DNA from: a virus
Lineage: Duplodnaviria > Caudoviricetes
Reading direction: 5' to 3' (one strand)
DNA: 36,897 nt
Virus record (IMG/VR): IMGVR_UViG_3300014508_000004
Coordinates: 1 to 36,897 of that record
The notes beneath the pieces were generated by a model. That model was given only the letters and a program-made list of their open reading frames with translations. It was not told the DNA's origin and did no database searches. Every line of letters starts with the position of its first letter. Position 1 is the first letter of the stretch. The position numbers and the translations under genes are program-made. Positions 8,049 to 15,953 of the stretch are shown in pieces.

Positions 8049-8494
8049 TGAGAGAAATTAAATTTAGAGGCTGGAATAAGTCGGCAGCACACCCTTACAT
8101 GCTTGATATAGAGCAAGTAACATATGATGAATCAGGCAAATTATCTTGTATATCTGGCTTTCCTATTGATAGTGACAATGGGGGAGAGATTACACTACTA
8201 GATGGTCAGTTTGAAATAATGCAATTCACAGGATTACAGGATAAGAACGGTGTAGATATTTATGAAGGCGATGTAATTAAAACATATCATTTTACAAATA
8301 GAGCAAATGGTAAGTTTGAATATATTAATCACATAGTTAAATGGTCAGAAAAATTTCACGGCTGGTTTTTACTTAATTGCGACTCAATGAATGAAAATGA
8401 CGGTAGCATTCAATTTTTTGTGCATCTTCGTGCGAATAAAGACTTTGAAATTATTGGTGACACTCACTCTAACCCTGAATTACTGGAGAAATAA
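8048..8494 (+). CDS. YopX family protein
   Basis: MREIKFRGW...MQFTGLQDKNGVDIYEGDVI...IIGDTHSNPELL signature. Confidence 0.9.
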   Translation: MREIKFRGWNKSAAHPYMLDIEQVTYDESGKLSCISGFPIDSDNGGEITLLDGQFEIMQFTGLQDKNGVDIYEGDVIKTYHFTNRANGKFEYINHIVKWSEKFHGWFLLNCDSMNENDGSIQFFVHLRANKDFEIIGDTHSNPELLEK

Positions 8495-8495
8495 C

Positions 8496-8828
8496 ATGAG
8501 CGAATTAACAGATTTACAAATTTGTAAAAAGATAGCTGAGATTGAAAGGTTCAACCAAGTTGAGTTACATGGCTTAGTGTTTGTTTCGAAAGGTTTTGCC
8601 TGTGATAAAAAATACAACCCACTAACAAACGATGCACTTTGTTTTCAGTTAATGGTTAAGTACGCTATAGAGGTTAAACCCCCACTAAAAGGCGTACAGA
8701 AAAACACAAAGGTTGTATGGTCTGTTTTTAATGGTGTTGATGATTTTGATAATTACTACCTCTACAACGAAAGCACTAACAAAGCTATTTGCCTTGCAAT
8801 AATAGAAGCACATAAGGATCAATCATGA
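8496..8828 (+). CDS. NinX/DUF2591-like protein
   Basis: YNPLTNDALCFQLM and AICLAII motifs; ATG at 8496 with GGAG RBS. Confidence 0.65.
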   Translation: MSELTDLQICKKIAEIERFNQVELHGLVFVSKGFACDKKYNPLTNDALCFQLMVKYAIEVKPPLKGVQKNTKVVWSVFNGVDDFDNYYLYNESTNKAICLAIIEAHKDQS

Positions 8829-9004
8829 GCGAAATAGAATTCGAGAACGACAACAAAGAAGTGTTAGATCGTTGCTGTAAAATAATGGACAGAAAGCCAG
8901 CAGCTAAAAACATAAGCAATGCATTTAAGCGTGGTACTCGTTTATCAATAGAATCAATACTTGAGCAGAAGAAGTTGAGAAAAGATGCTGAATTGGATTG
9001 CTAA
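8825..9004 (+). CDS. Hypothetical protein (59 aa)
   Basis: Not in the track. AAGGA RBS, ATGA overlap; MSEIEFENDNKEVLDRCCK... Confidence 0.55.
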   Translation: MSEIEFENDNKEVLDRCCKIMDRKPAAKNISNAFKRGTRLSIESILEQKKLRKDAELDC

Positions 9005-9035
9005 CAAGGTAATAGATTTTATTGTAGATATAATT

Positions 9036-9059
9036 AGCCGCTGAGATGCGGCTTTTTTT
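9036..9059 (+). terminator. Rho-independent terminator
   Basis: AGCCGC-tgagat-GCGGCT followed by T-run, between convergent genes. Confidence 0.85.
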
Positions 9060-9125
9060 GCGTCCGATTTACACACAAAAAAACATCAATGAAGATGCTT
9101 ATTTGTTATTGCTGTTATGTGTTAT

Positions 9126-9323
9126 TTAATTAACTAATATTTGAAACGGTGAATACTCAATAAGAAGTGACCATAACCACCCAAGAAACACTAAAAGTAT
9201 AAACATTACCGTTAATGGTATATCTCTTTTGCCGAAAGCTCCATCATATAAAAACATGACAATCCAGCTACCAGTTAACCAAGCCACAATCAAACCTGAT
9301 AATATAAATCCTATAATTTCCAT
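9126..9323 (-). CDS. Small two-TM membrane protein
   Basis: 65 aa hydrophobic; GGAG RBS. Confidence 0.6.
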   Translation of the reverse strand: MEIIGFILSGLIVAWLTGSWIVMFLYDGAFGKRDIPLTVMFILLVFLGWLWSLLIEYSPFQILVN

Positions 9324-9522
9324 CTTTACTCTCCGCTCGTTAAATTATTCCACGCTCAATATCTATCTTTTCAAAGTCAGCTTTAGTAACTCCAAACCCC
9401 TTGTAATAAAATATAACTGAGTTCTGTGGAAATTTACCGGATAAAGCATCATAGGCGTTATATCTTAGGTAAGATTTATAATGTGACATTATTCATTCCC
9501 CTGTTTTGTTTGGTGTGGTTAG

Positions 9523-9789
9523 TTACTTATTCATTGTTTGTTCGTTAATTGCCAGTATTACTTCGGCATCTTCCCACCATCCAAAATCACACTCTTTTTT
9601 ATGTGACTTCTTTTTAAATGTGAATACGCGAACCTGACAATCCTTGCGCCTAATCTCTATGTATTGAAAAGCTGTATGCAAATCAATTGCCATAGCCTCA
9701 TAACCAAACTGAGAAATAGCAACAAAGTTATCTTGTGCATAATCACCGTAAATTCTAAATCTATCGTTAGCCTGTAGGTTTATTTCCAT
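9523..9789 (-). CDS. Hypothetical protein
   Basis: ATG at 9789 (MEINLQAND...) after a purine-rich RBS; the longer track ORF overlaps the promoter region. Confidence 0.55.
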   Translation of the reverse strand: MEINLQANDRFRIYGDYAQDNFVAISQFGYEAMAIDLHTAFQYIEIRRKDCQVRVFTFKKKSHKKECDFGWWEDAEVILAINEQTMNK

Positions 9790-9834
9790 TACTCTTTCCC
9801 TTCTTGCGGTTTGATTAGTTATTAACTGAGATAA

Positions 9835-9882
9835 ACAATAACGAAAATAATTCTTGACGTCAAGCGCAAATGCAATTATATT
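9835..9882. promoter_or_regulatory. Symmetric back-to-back sigma70 promoters
   Basis: Palindrome CTTGACGTCAAG (9853-9864) gives TTGACG on both strands, each 17 nt from a -10 (TATATT plus, TATTGT minus). Confidence 0.65.
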
Positions 9883-9913
9883 TGTAATCACATTAACGAA
9901 AGGTATTTATTAA

Positions 9914-10111
9914 ATGAAAGTATTAAATGTTAGATTTAGCGATACTCAGCAACTAAAGATAAAAGATGTATCTAGTGTTGTTGATATGGATTACAGCAAG
10001 GTAGCAAGAGCAGCAATGAAGCTTGGGTTAACTCAGATACAAGCATTAGCAGCTAGGGATTTAGATAAGGCTATTGATTTAGTTTTGATCAATGACGCTA
10101 GAGCGAAGTAG
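9914..10111 (+). CDS. Putative ribbon-helix-helix regulator
   Basis: VLNVRFSD strand, then helices with SKVARAAM; first gene after the promoter. Confidence 0.5.
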   Translation: MKVLNVRFSDTQQLKIKDVSSVVDMDYSKVARAAMKLGLTQIQALAARDLDKAIDLVLINDARAK

Positions 10112-10166
10112 AAATAAAAAAGCGCCCTATGAAAGCGCTGATTGATTCGACCGAGGATATTATAGC

Positions 10167-10820
10167 ATGAGTACAGGCTGGGTAAAACTACACCGCCAAC
10201 TTTTAGATTGGGAATGGTATAACGATGTAAACACTACCAGAGTATTTTTACATTTGTTATTAGTTGCCAACCATAAAGACAATAACTGGCGAGGAATTGA
10301 AATAAAAAGAGGTCAGCGATTAACTTCTATATCATCACTTGCAAGCGAGACTCACCTCTCAATAAAAAATATTCGTACTTCAATAAAGCGCTTAAAATCG
10401 ACAAACGAAGTGGCAAGCTATAGTACAGCGCAACACACTGTTTTTACTATGGTTAACTATGATTTGTACCAAGATGAGGCAAGCGAAGTGGCAAGCAAAG
10501 GGCAAACAAAGGGCAAACAAAGGGCAACTAACAATAATGTTAAGAATGACAACAATGAAAATAAAGAGATCTTGTCATTAGTAAATGACGTGTTCGCTCA
10601 TTGGTGGAATTTATATCCATCATCAAGAAGAAAAAATAAAGGTGGTTGTTTAACTAAGTTCAAAGCAAAGTGTAAAGGACTAACTGAAGATCAGATAATT
10701 GAGCTCGTTGATAAAATGTCAGCAGATGTTGCCAAGCGAGTAAAAGAAATTGACGACATAAAGTATTTACCGACAACTGAGCCCTATATAAATCAAGAAA
10801 GATGGATGGATGAAGAATGA
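10167..10820 (+). CDS. Phage replication initiator protein
   Basis: GWVKLHRQLLDWEWY N-terminus, winged HTH-like segment, internal iterons, directly upstream of DnaB. Confidence 0.8.
   Translation: MSTGWVKLHRQLLDWEWYNDVNTTRVFLHLLLVANHKDNNWRGIEIKRGQRLTSISSLASETHLSIKNIRTSIKRLKSTNEVASYSTAQHTVFTMVNYDLYQDEASEVASKGQTKGKQRATNNNVKNDNNENKEILSLVNDVFAHWWNLYPSSRRKNKGGCLTKFKAKCKGLTEDQIIELVDKMSADVAKRVKEIDDIKYLPTTEPYINQERWMDEE
10478..10565 (+). repeat. Iteron array / probable replication origin
   Basis: Five GGCAA(G/A)C-type units at 11-12 bp spacing (10478, 10490, 10501, 10512, 10523) followed by an A-rich tract. Confidence 0.7.
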
Positions 10821-12244
10821 TAGATTTTAATGAAGATAGTTTATTTGCAGAACAATCTGTAATTGGTGGACTGTTAAAGCTATGCTCTCCTGAATCAAAG
10901 TTAATGATCAGAACCATGAGCATGTTAAAGCCAACCAGTTTTTATAAGCTTTACCATAAGCAAATATTCTCAGCAATGCAGACTTTATTTGCTAAAAATG
11001 AAAACATTGATTTACTTGTTGTTGAAGAGCAATGCAAGCGCCAAGGCGTTAACGATGAAAGTTTATTTATGTACTTAGCTGACATCATGAGAAACACGCC
11101 AAGCGCTGAAAATATTGGCGCTTATGCAAAAGTTGTTCGAGAATACTCAATTGAACGATACACCAACCAAAAACTACAAGATTTAATTGGTTCATTCAAT
11201 GACAAGGCAGAAGGTGACGTATATCAACGCCTAGGGTTATTAGAATCAACTATAAACGATATTAGTAACATGGGCATGAGAAATGAAAAGAGTGGCTTAA
11301 AACACATTACAGAGAGCCTGTCGACATGGTTAGATAATATCGATCAGGTTCTTGATGATGGATATGATAAAAACGCTTTTAGCACTGGCATTGAATCACT
11401 TGATGATGTACTAGGTGTTAAAAAAATGCGCAGGGGCTCACTTGTTGGTGTTGGAGCTCGTCCGAAAATGGGTAAGTCTGCCTTTATGATGTTAATAGCT
11501 AATCATTTTGCACTTGAGCTTAACGAGCCCGTAGCTTTATTTTCAATGGAAATGCCTAGTGTTGAAATAGCAGAAAGGGCAATGACAAGCCGATCAACTG
11601 TTAACCCTGCTGAATTTTACCGACAAGGCATTAGTAATGAGTCTGGAGGTCGCAGAGACATGGCATTCAATGAACTCATGAACTCAAATATGTTTGTTGA
11701 TGATGGTGCAGCTCTGACTATCGGTCATATTCAACGAGAGTCAAGAAAGCTGCGAAAAGATAAAGGTAAGATTGGTTTAATTTGTGTCGATTATTTGACG
11801 CTTATGGAAGCAGAAAAAGCAGATAGAAATGATTTAGCTTACGGAATGATCACAAAGGCACTTAAAAACTTAGCTAAAGAATTAAATTGTGTTGTTTTGA
11901 TGCTTACCCAATTAAACCGCGGGCTCGAAAATAGACCAGATAAACGACCTATGCCAAGCGATAGCCGCGACACTGGACAGATTGAGCAAGATGTGGATTT
12001 ATGGATTGGGCTTTATAAAGAATCAGTATATGACGAGGAGATATCAGACGGTGGGCTCACTGAGTTAATAGTTAGGTTAAATCGTCATGGTGGCACTGGT
12101 ACTGGATTTGTAGAGATGAGAGAAGGTTTTCACGTTCCTGTAACGATGGAAAAGGGAGCGCTTATTCTTAACAATAGAACCCAAAGTAAAATTAAATCAG
12201 AAGAAGAGAAGAATCCTAAAACCAGTTACAAGAAACGTAATTAA
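10817..12244 (+). CDS. dnaB: Replicative DNA helicase, DnaB family
   Basis: GARPKMGKS, FSMEM, VDYLTL, QLNR and SDSRDTGQIEQDVD motifs. Confidence 0.96.
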   Translation: MIDFNEDSLFAEQSVIGGLLKLCSPESKLMIRTMSMLKPTSFYKLYHKQIFSAMQTLFAKNENIDLLVVEEQCKRQGVNDESLFMYLADIMRNTPSAENIGAYAKVVREYSIERYTNQKLQDLIGSFNDKAEGDVYQRLGLLESTINDISNMGMRNEKSGLKHITESLSTWLDNIDQVLDDGYDKNAFSTGIESLDDVLGVKKMRRGSLVGVGARPKMGKSAFMMLIANHFALELNEPVALFSMEMPSVEIAERAMTSRSTVNPAEFYRQGISNESGGRRDMAFNELMNSNMFVDDGAALTIGHIQRESRKLRKDKGKIGLICVDYLTLMEAEKADRNDLAYGMITKALKNLAKELNCVVLMLTQLNRGLENRPDKRPMPSDSRDTGQIEQDVDLWIGLYKESVYDEEISDGGLTELIVRLNRHGGTGTGFVEMREGFHVPVTMEKGALILNNRTQSKIKSEEEKNPKTSYKKRN

Positions 12245-12271
12245 TTAAAACATAAAACATAAGGGCATAAG

Positions 12272-12766
12272 ATGAATACAGAAAATAAAAGCTTTACACC
12301 AGTGAACATTAAAGATTTATGGCAAACACCTAAAGAGTTATTTAACACGATAGACAAAGAGTTTAATTTTGTTTGTGATGTTGCAGCTAGTTATAAAAAT
12401 ACATTTTGTAAGGCTTATCTTGATGAAGAACAAAACTCTTTATTGTGTAGTTGGGGATCCGTTAACTGGTGTAACCCTCCATATTCAAATATTACGCCTT
12501 GGGTTAATAAAACTATTGAGCAACATGAACTAGGCAAAACTATTGTGATGTTAGTTCCCGCTGATACATCAGTAAAGTGGTTTAAGCTTGCTTATGAGTC
12601 ATGTAATGAGGTTAGATTTATTAGTGGGCGTATATCGTTTATTAATGCCGACACTCAAAAGCCTGTTAACGGTAACAATAAAGGATCAGTACTTTTTATC
12701 TGGAGAGGTAACGCGCCAAAGAATAGCCATACGGTCACATTAATTGATCGTGATGATTTACTTTAA
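12272..12766 (+). CDS. Phage DNA N6-adenine methyltransferase (Dam family)
   Basis: DLWQTP, DVAAS, WCNPPYS and GRISF motifs. Confidence 0.92.
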   Translation: MNTENKSFTPVNIKDLWQTPKELFNTIDKEFNFVCDVAASYKNTFCKAYLDEEQNSLLCSWGSVNWCNPPYSNITPWVNKTIEQHELGKTIVMLVPADTSVKWFKLAYESCNEVRFISGRISFINADTQKPVNGNNKGSVLFIWRGNAPKNSHTVTLIDRDDLL

Positions 12767-12787
12767 ACACAACCAATAGGAATGATA

Positions 12788-12809
12788 AGCGCTAGAATTA
12801 ACTAGCGCT
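12788..12809. terminator. Hairpin between convergent genes
   Basis: AGCGCTAG-aattaa-CTAGCGCT; weak T-tails. Confidence 0.5.
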
Positions 12810-12816
12810 GAGCAGG

Positions 12817-13188
12817 TTAAAACATACCGTTGTCACGAGCCTTTCCGCCACCAAATAACCAAGTAGCAGCAAACCATGAGCGAGAGCGGAACCATCTGCC
12901 CTCGCTTTTTAATATATCGCTTAATATTTTAGATGCTTGCCAGTTAGTACAGGGAGTTCCATCGCTAAAGCACCCGTCACGGCAAGCGACATCATGAAAC
13001 AACCATCCGAAGCTGTCTATATCCATTGCACCAGAAGCACCGTCATAAGGCTTATCAGAGGCTTTAATCTTTAAGTGTTTTTGATGTCGCTTGCTAAAGT
13101 AATCCTTATCTCTCATTACTTGATAGCCTAAAACAACACCAGCCCCGCTTTTGATTGGCTCAATGTAATCGTAAATACTTTCTCGCAT
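12817..13188 (-). CDS. DUF1353-like protein
   Basis: YDGASG...WLFHDVAC...WLFGG pattern. Confidence 0.65.
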   Translation of the reverse strand: MRESIYDYIEPIKSGAGVVLGYQVMRDKDYFSKRHQKHLKIKASDKPYDGASGAMDIDSFGWLFHDVACRDGCFSDGTPCTNWQASKILSDILKSEGRWFRSRSWFAATWLFGGGKARDNGMF

Positions 13189-13229
13189 TTTGTTAACTCC
13201 AAAGCGGTAAGTTTAACATAAATAAAAAC

Positions 13230-13257
13230 TTGACGTATAACTATGGATAAACTATGG
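13230..13257 (+). promoter_or_regulatory. Promoter overlapped by a tandem 10-bp direct repeat (putative operator)
   Basis: TTGACG at 13230-13235; ATAACTATGG x2 at 13237-13256. Confidence 0.5.
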
Positions 13258-13289
13258 TTAGCATATTGATTAGCAAGCAAGGGTTTTAA

Positions 13290-13424
13290 ATGATTAAGAA
13301 AGAGTGCAGATTTCAGAAAGAGTTAAATAAAGCGATTCAAGAGTTCGCAGATTTATTTTGCGAAGGTAATTTCAATCTAGCTGTTCGTCAATTGTGTAAA
13401 AAGGGATTAGACAATGACAAGTAA
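13290..13424 (+). CDS. Small putative ribbon-helix-helix regulator (44 aa)
   Basis: Not in the track. MIKKECRFQKELNKAIQEFADLFCEGNFNLAVRQLCKKGLDNDK; AAGGG RBS. Confidence 0.5.
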   Translation: MIKKECRFQKELNKAIQEFADLFCEGNFNLAVRQLCKKGLDNDK

Positions 13425-13531
13425 GGAGGTAAACCCTAAACTTTAGAATAACGAACATAACTAAATAAAATAGAGATAGTTAACGGTGTTTGTCTCTATT
13501 TAATCAAAATTAAACTTTAACGGAATTTATT

Positions 13532-14353
13532 ATGAAAAATGTAGTCAGCTTTAGCGGAGGAAGAACTAGCGCAAAATTAACATTGTTAGCTATTGAAAAG
13601 TTTGGCGTAGAAAATACGGTTGTCATATATATGGACACAGGCGCAGAGCATCCGAAAACTTACGAGTTTATTAAAAGCCTCGTTGAGGTGTTTGGCGTTA
13701 ACTTGGTTTGTTTGCGCGGTGACTTTAGTAAGCCACTAGGTAAGGGTGTCGGGTATAGTGTTGTTGATTTGTCGGATTGTAAATTTGATTTAAAGCCTTT
13801 TTCTGAAATGATGGGTAAATATGGGGTTCCTTATATTGGCGGCATGTTTTGCACTGACAGAATGAAGTTGAAGCCATTTCAAAAGTACTGTAAAGACCAT
13901 GTAGGTAAGGATATTACAACTTGGCTTGGTATTAGAGTTGACGAGCCTAGGCGATTAACAGAGAAGAAAGGAATTAAGTATTTAGCTGAGATTTGCGAGG
14001 ATGAAAAACAAGATATTATTTCTTGGTGGTCTGAACAAGTATTTGATTTGAGCATTCCTGAATGGCTTGGTAATTGTGTTTTTTGCCCTAAAAAGTCAAA
14101 TTTAAAATTAGCAGCAGCCCAGCGCGATGAACCTGAGCTATATGAAGAATGGTTAAGTATGCTTTATTCTGATTCGGTTCGTATTGATGATAACACAGGG
14201 CATCACTCTAAAATGTATCGTGGTGAGCAGTCATTAGAAAGCTTAATAGCTACATTTGACGGCTCAACTGGTGAAGAAATAAAGGCACGTATTCGAGGTG
14301 GCAAGATGGTTGACACTAATTCTTGTTCTGAATCGTGCGAAGTATTTAATTGA
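13532..14353 (+). CDS. PAPS reductase-like adenine nucleotide alpha-hydrolase
   Basis: PP-loop SFSGGRTS, DTGAEHPKTY, GIRVDE, GNCVFC and C-terminal CSESCE. Confidence 0.85.
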   Translation: MKNVVSFSGGRTSAKLTLLAIEKFGVENTVVIYMDTGAEHPKTYEFIKSLVEVFGVNLVCLRGDFSKPLGKGVGYSVVDLSDCKFDLKPFSEMMGKYGVPYIGGMFCTDRMKLKPFQKYCKDHVGKDITTWLGIRVDEPRRLTEKKGIKYLAEICEDEKQDIISWWSEQVFDLSIPEWLGNCVFCPKKSNLKLAAAQRDEPELYEEWLSMLYSDSVRIDDNTGHHSKMYRGEQSLESLIATFDGSTGEEIKARIRGGKMVDTNSCSESCEVFN

Positions 14354-14377
14354 TTACACAAAAGTAGGATTTGAACT

Positions 14378-14584
14378 ATGTCAGGTTGGATAAGTGTTAA
14401 AGATGAACTACCCAATGAAAGCGAGGTGGTTAGAACTAAAAGTGGTGATGGTCGTATATTTAGAACTCAGTTGTTCAATCGACAAAACGGTTTTGAATTT
14501 AAAATTGTTGGCTATGTTTGGGATCACTCGAATGTCATTGAATGGACTAGAGAAGATGGAACGGTTAGCGGTTACGAGAATTAA
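14378..14584 (+). CDS. DUF551-like protein
   Basis: WISVKDELP N-terminus and VIEW near the C-terminus. Confidence 0.65.
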   Translation: MSGWISVKDELPNESEVVRTKSGDGRIFRTQLFNRQNGFEFKIVGYVWDHSNVIEWTREDGTVSGYEN

Positions 14585-14608
14585 TTTATTTTAAAGTAGG
14601 ATTTGAAC

Positions 14609-14815
14609 ATGCAAACAATAAGTTTTATGCAGCCTAACGGCAAGATGGTAGCTATAGTGACAAGTACAATAACAGGTGTTATTGAATATAAACCTCAAAG
14701 CACTTTTGTAGCTACGGGCGCTGATAGTGGTGACGGTGGTGAGAATGGCTTTTACGTTCTTGAGTCGTTCACTAAGACTTTAGCGAAAGTAAATAATATT
14801 AATCCACAAAAGTAG
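14609..14815 (+). CDS. Hypothetical protein
   Basis: AGGA RBS upstream of ATG at 14609. Confidence 0.55.
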   Translation: MQTISFMQPNGKMVAIVTSTITGVIEYKPQSTFVATGADSGDGGENGFYVLESFTKTLAKVNNINPQK

Positions 14816-14821
14816 AAACAA

Positions 14822-15025
14822 ATGCTATTTAAAGCTAGAGACGATGGATTAATAGAGTGTAATGACTGGTGCGATCTGGAAGATGATGAAACCTGCATAG
14901 GGTTGATAATTAAATCACCAGAGGATGGCTACTACAGATTAAAAGTGACAGCAAGTAAGCCTTTATCATGCAGACATTTAAAACTAACAGCGCAAAAAGT
15001 TAGCGAAATGAACAAGGCAATATAA
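14822..15025 (+). CDS. Hypothetical protein
   Basis: 67 aa; stop codon lies inside the attC-like core site. Confidence 0.55.
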   Translation: MLFKARDDGLIECNDWCDLEDDETCIGLIIKSPEDGYYRLKVTASKPLSCRHLKLTAQKVSEMNKAI

Positions 15026-15084
15026 CCGATTAATTATGCGGAAAATACGCAGTATTTTTCCGAACATGAATTAGGTTGTTATAC
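15020..15084 (-). mobile_element. Integron attC-like recombination site (65 bp)
   Basis: Minus strand: GTATAAC-aacct-AATTCATG ... central hairpin ... CATAATT-aatcg-GTTATAT, with the extra C in the L'' box. Confidence 0.72.
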
Positions 15085-15108
15085 AGATTAACGAAGAGGC
15101 AATAAATT

Positions 15109-15276
15109 ATGAAACTAAACAAACAGATGTTATTAAGCGCAACAATGGTAGCGCTAAATTGCAGTATGACGAGCGCAATACCAGCTACTAGCGGCATGTA
15201 TGATATGCGCCCCAAGAACCACTTTAGAGGCGGCAGTAAAGGCAAGGGCGGAAAAATAAAGTACCCAAGGCGTTAA
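15109..15276 (+). CDS. Cassette-borne 55-aa basic peptide
   Basis: Not in the track. GAAGAGG RBS; MKLNKQMLLSATMVALNCSMTSAIPATSGMYDMRPKNHFRGGSKGKGGKIKYPRR. Confidence 0.6.
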   Translation: MKLNKQMLLSATMVALNCSMTSAIPATSGMYDMRPKNHFRGGSKGKGGKIKYPRR

Positions 15277-15279
15277 TCT

Positions 15280-15404
15280 GTATAACACTAGCATTAAGCG
15301 GAAACGCACAAACACGGAACGGGTAGTAAGTTAAATCAATAACTTAACTTTTATTTATTCCGTATTAACGGTGGAAACACGGAAACCATTATAGGTGTTT
15401 CCGC
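15280..15404 (-). mobile_element. Degenerate long attC-like site (L'/R' half intact)
   Basis: Minus strand ends CTTAATG-ctagt-GTTATAC; nested stems GCGGAAACGC/GTGTTTCCGC, ACGGAA/TTCCGT, AAGTTAA/TTAACTT. Confidence 0.5.
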
Positions 15405-15561
15405 CTTTCACTCATCAACCAGAGGTAGTTATGCTAGAAGGTCAGATGTATTACTTAAAGCTATTTTATATACTTTGCGCTATTGCTGCTTGCATGATGC
15501 CAGCACAGATATATTTACTAAATCAATGAAGATAATAATACTAAATTTAAAAGGAAGATCT

Positions 15562-15936
15562 ATGAAGAAATTAATAATCCATTGTTCCGCGACTCCAAAC
15601 GGTCGCTATCATAATGCTGAAGATATTCACAGATGGCACTTAGAAAAAGGCTGGGATGGCATAGGTTATCATTGGGTGATAACAACTAAAGGAGAGCTTC
15701 AAGCTGGGCGTCCTGAATACTGGAAAGGCTCACACGCTAAAGGCCATAATAATGCTATTGGTGTTTGCATGATTGGGGCCGATGAGTTTAGCGATGAGCA
15801 ATGGGAGGTATTGACCAACTTGGTATTGAAGAAAAAGATCGAATATCCATTGCTTGAAGTTATTGGTCATAATGAAGTTTCAAATAAATTATGCCCTGGC
15901 TTTAATGTTCATTGGTGGTTAAATAAAATTAAATAG
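15562..15936 (+). CDS. N-acetylmuramoyl-L-alanine amidase endolysin (T7 lysozyme-like)
   Basis: IIHCSAT, GWDGIGYH, GSHAKGHN, GHNE and KLCPGF motifs; ATG at 15562 with AAGGA RBS. Confidence 0.93.
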   Translation: MKKLIIHCSATPNGRYHNAEDIHRWHLEKGWDGIGYHWVITTKGELQAGRPEYWKGSHAKGHNNAIGVCMIGADEFSDEQWEVLTNLVLKKKIEYPLLEVIGHNEVSNKLCPGFNVHWWLNKIK

Positions 15937-15953
15937 GTAACTGGTGAAATACA

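Noticed and set aside
7782-10111. Lysogeny module
   Set aside because: Only small HTH/RHH regulators are present; no integrase, CI-type peptidase repressor or partition genes were recognised.
13454-13515. Possible third attC (ACATAAC plus AAATAGAGA/TCTCTATTT hairpin)
   Set aside because: No matching GTT core or L boxes at the right spacing; more likely a simple hairpin.
15030-15245. 71-aa minus-strand ORF as the cassette gene
   Set aside because: TTG start without an RBS and it reads through the attC; the plus-strand ORF has an RBS and ATG and fits between the sites.
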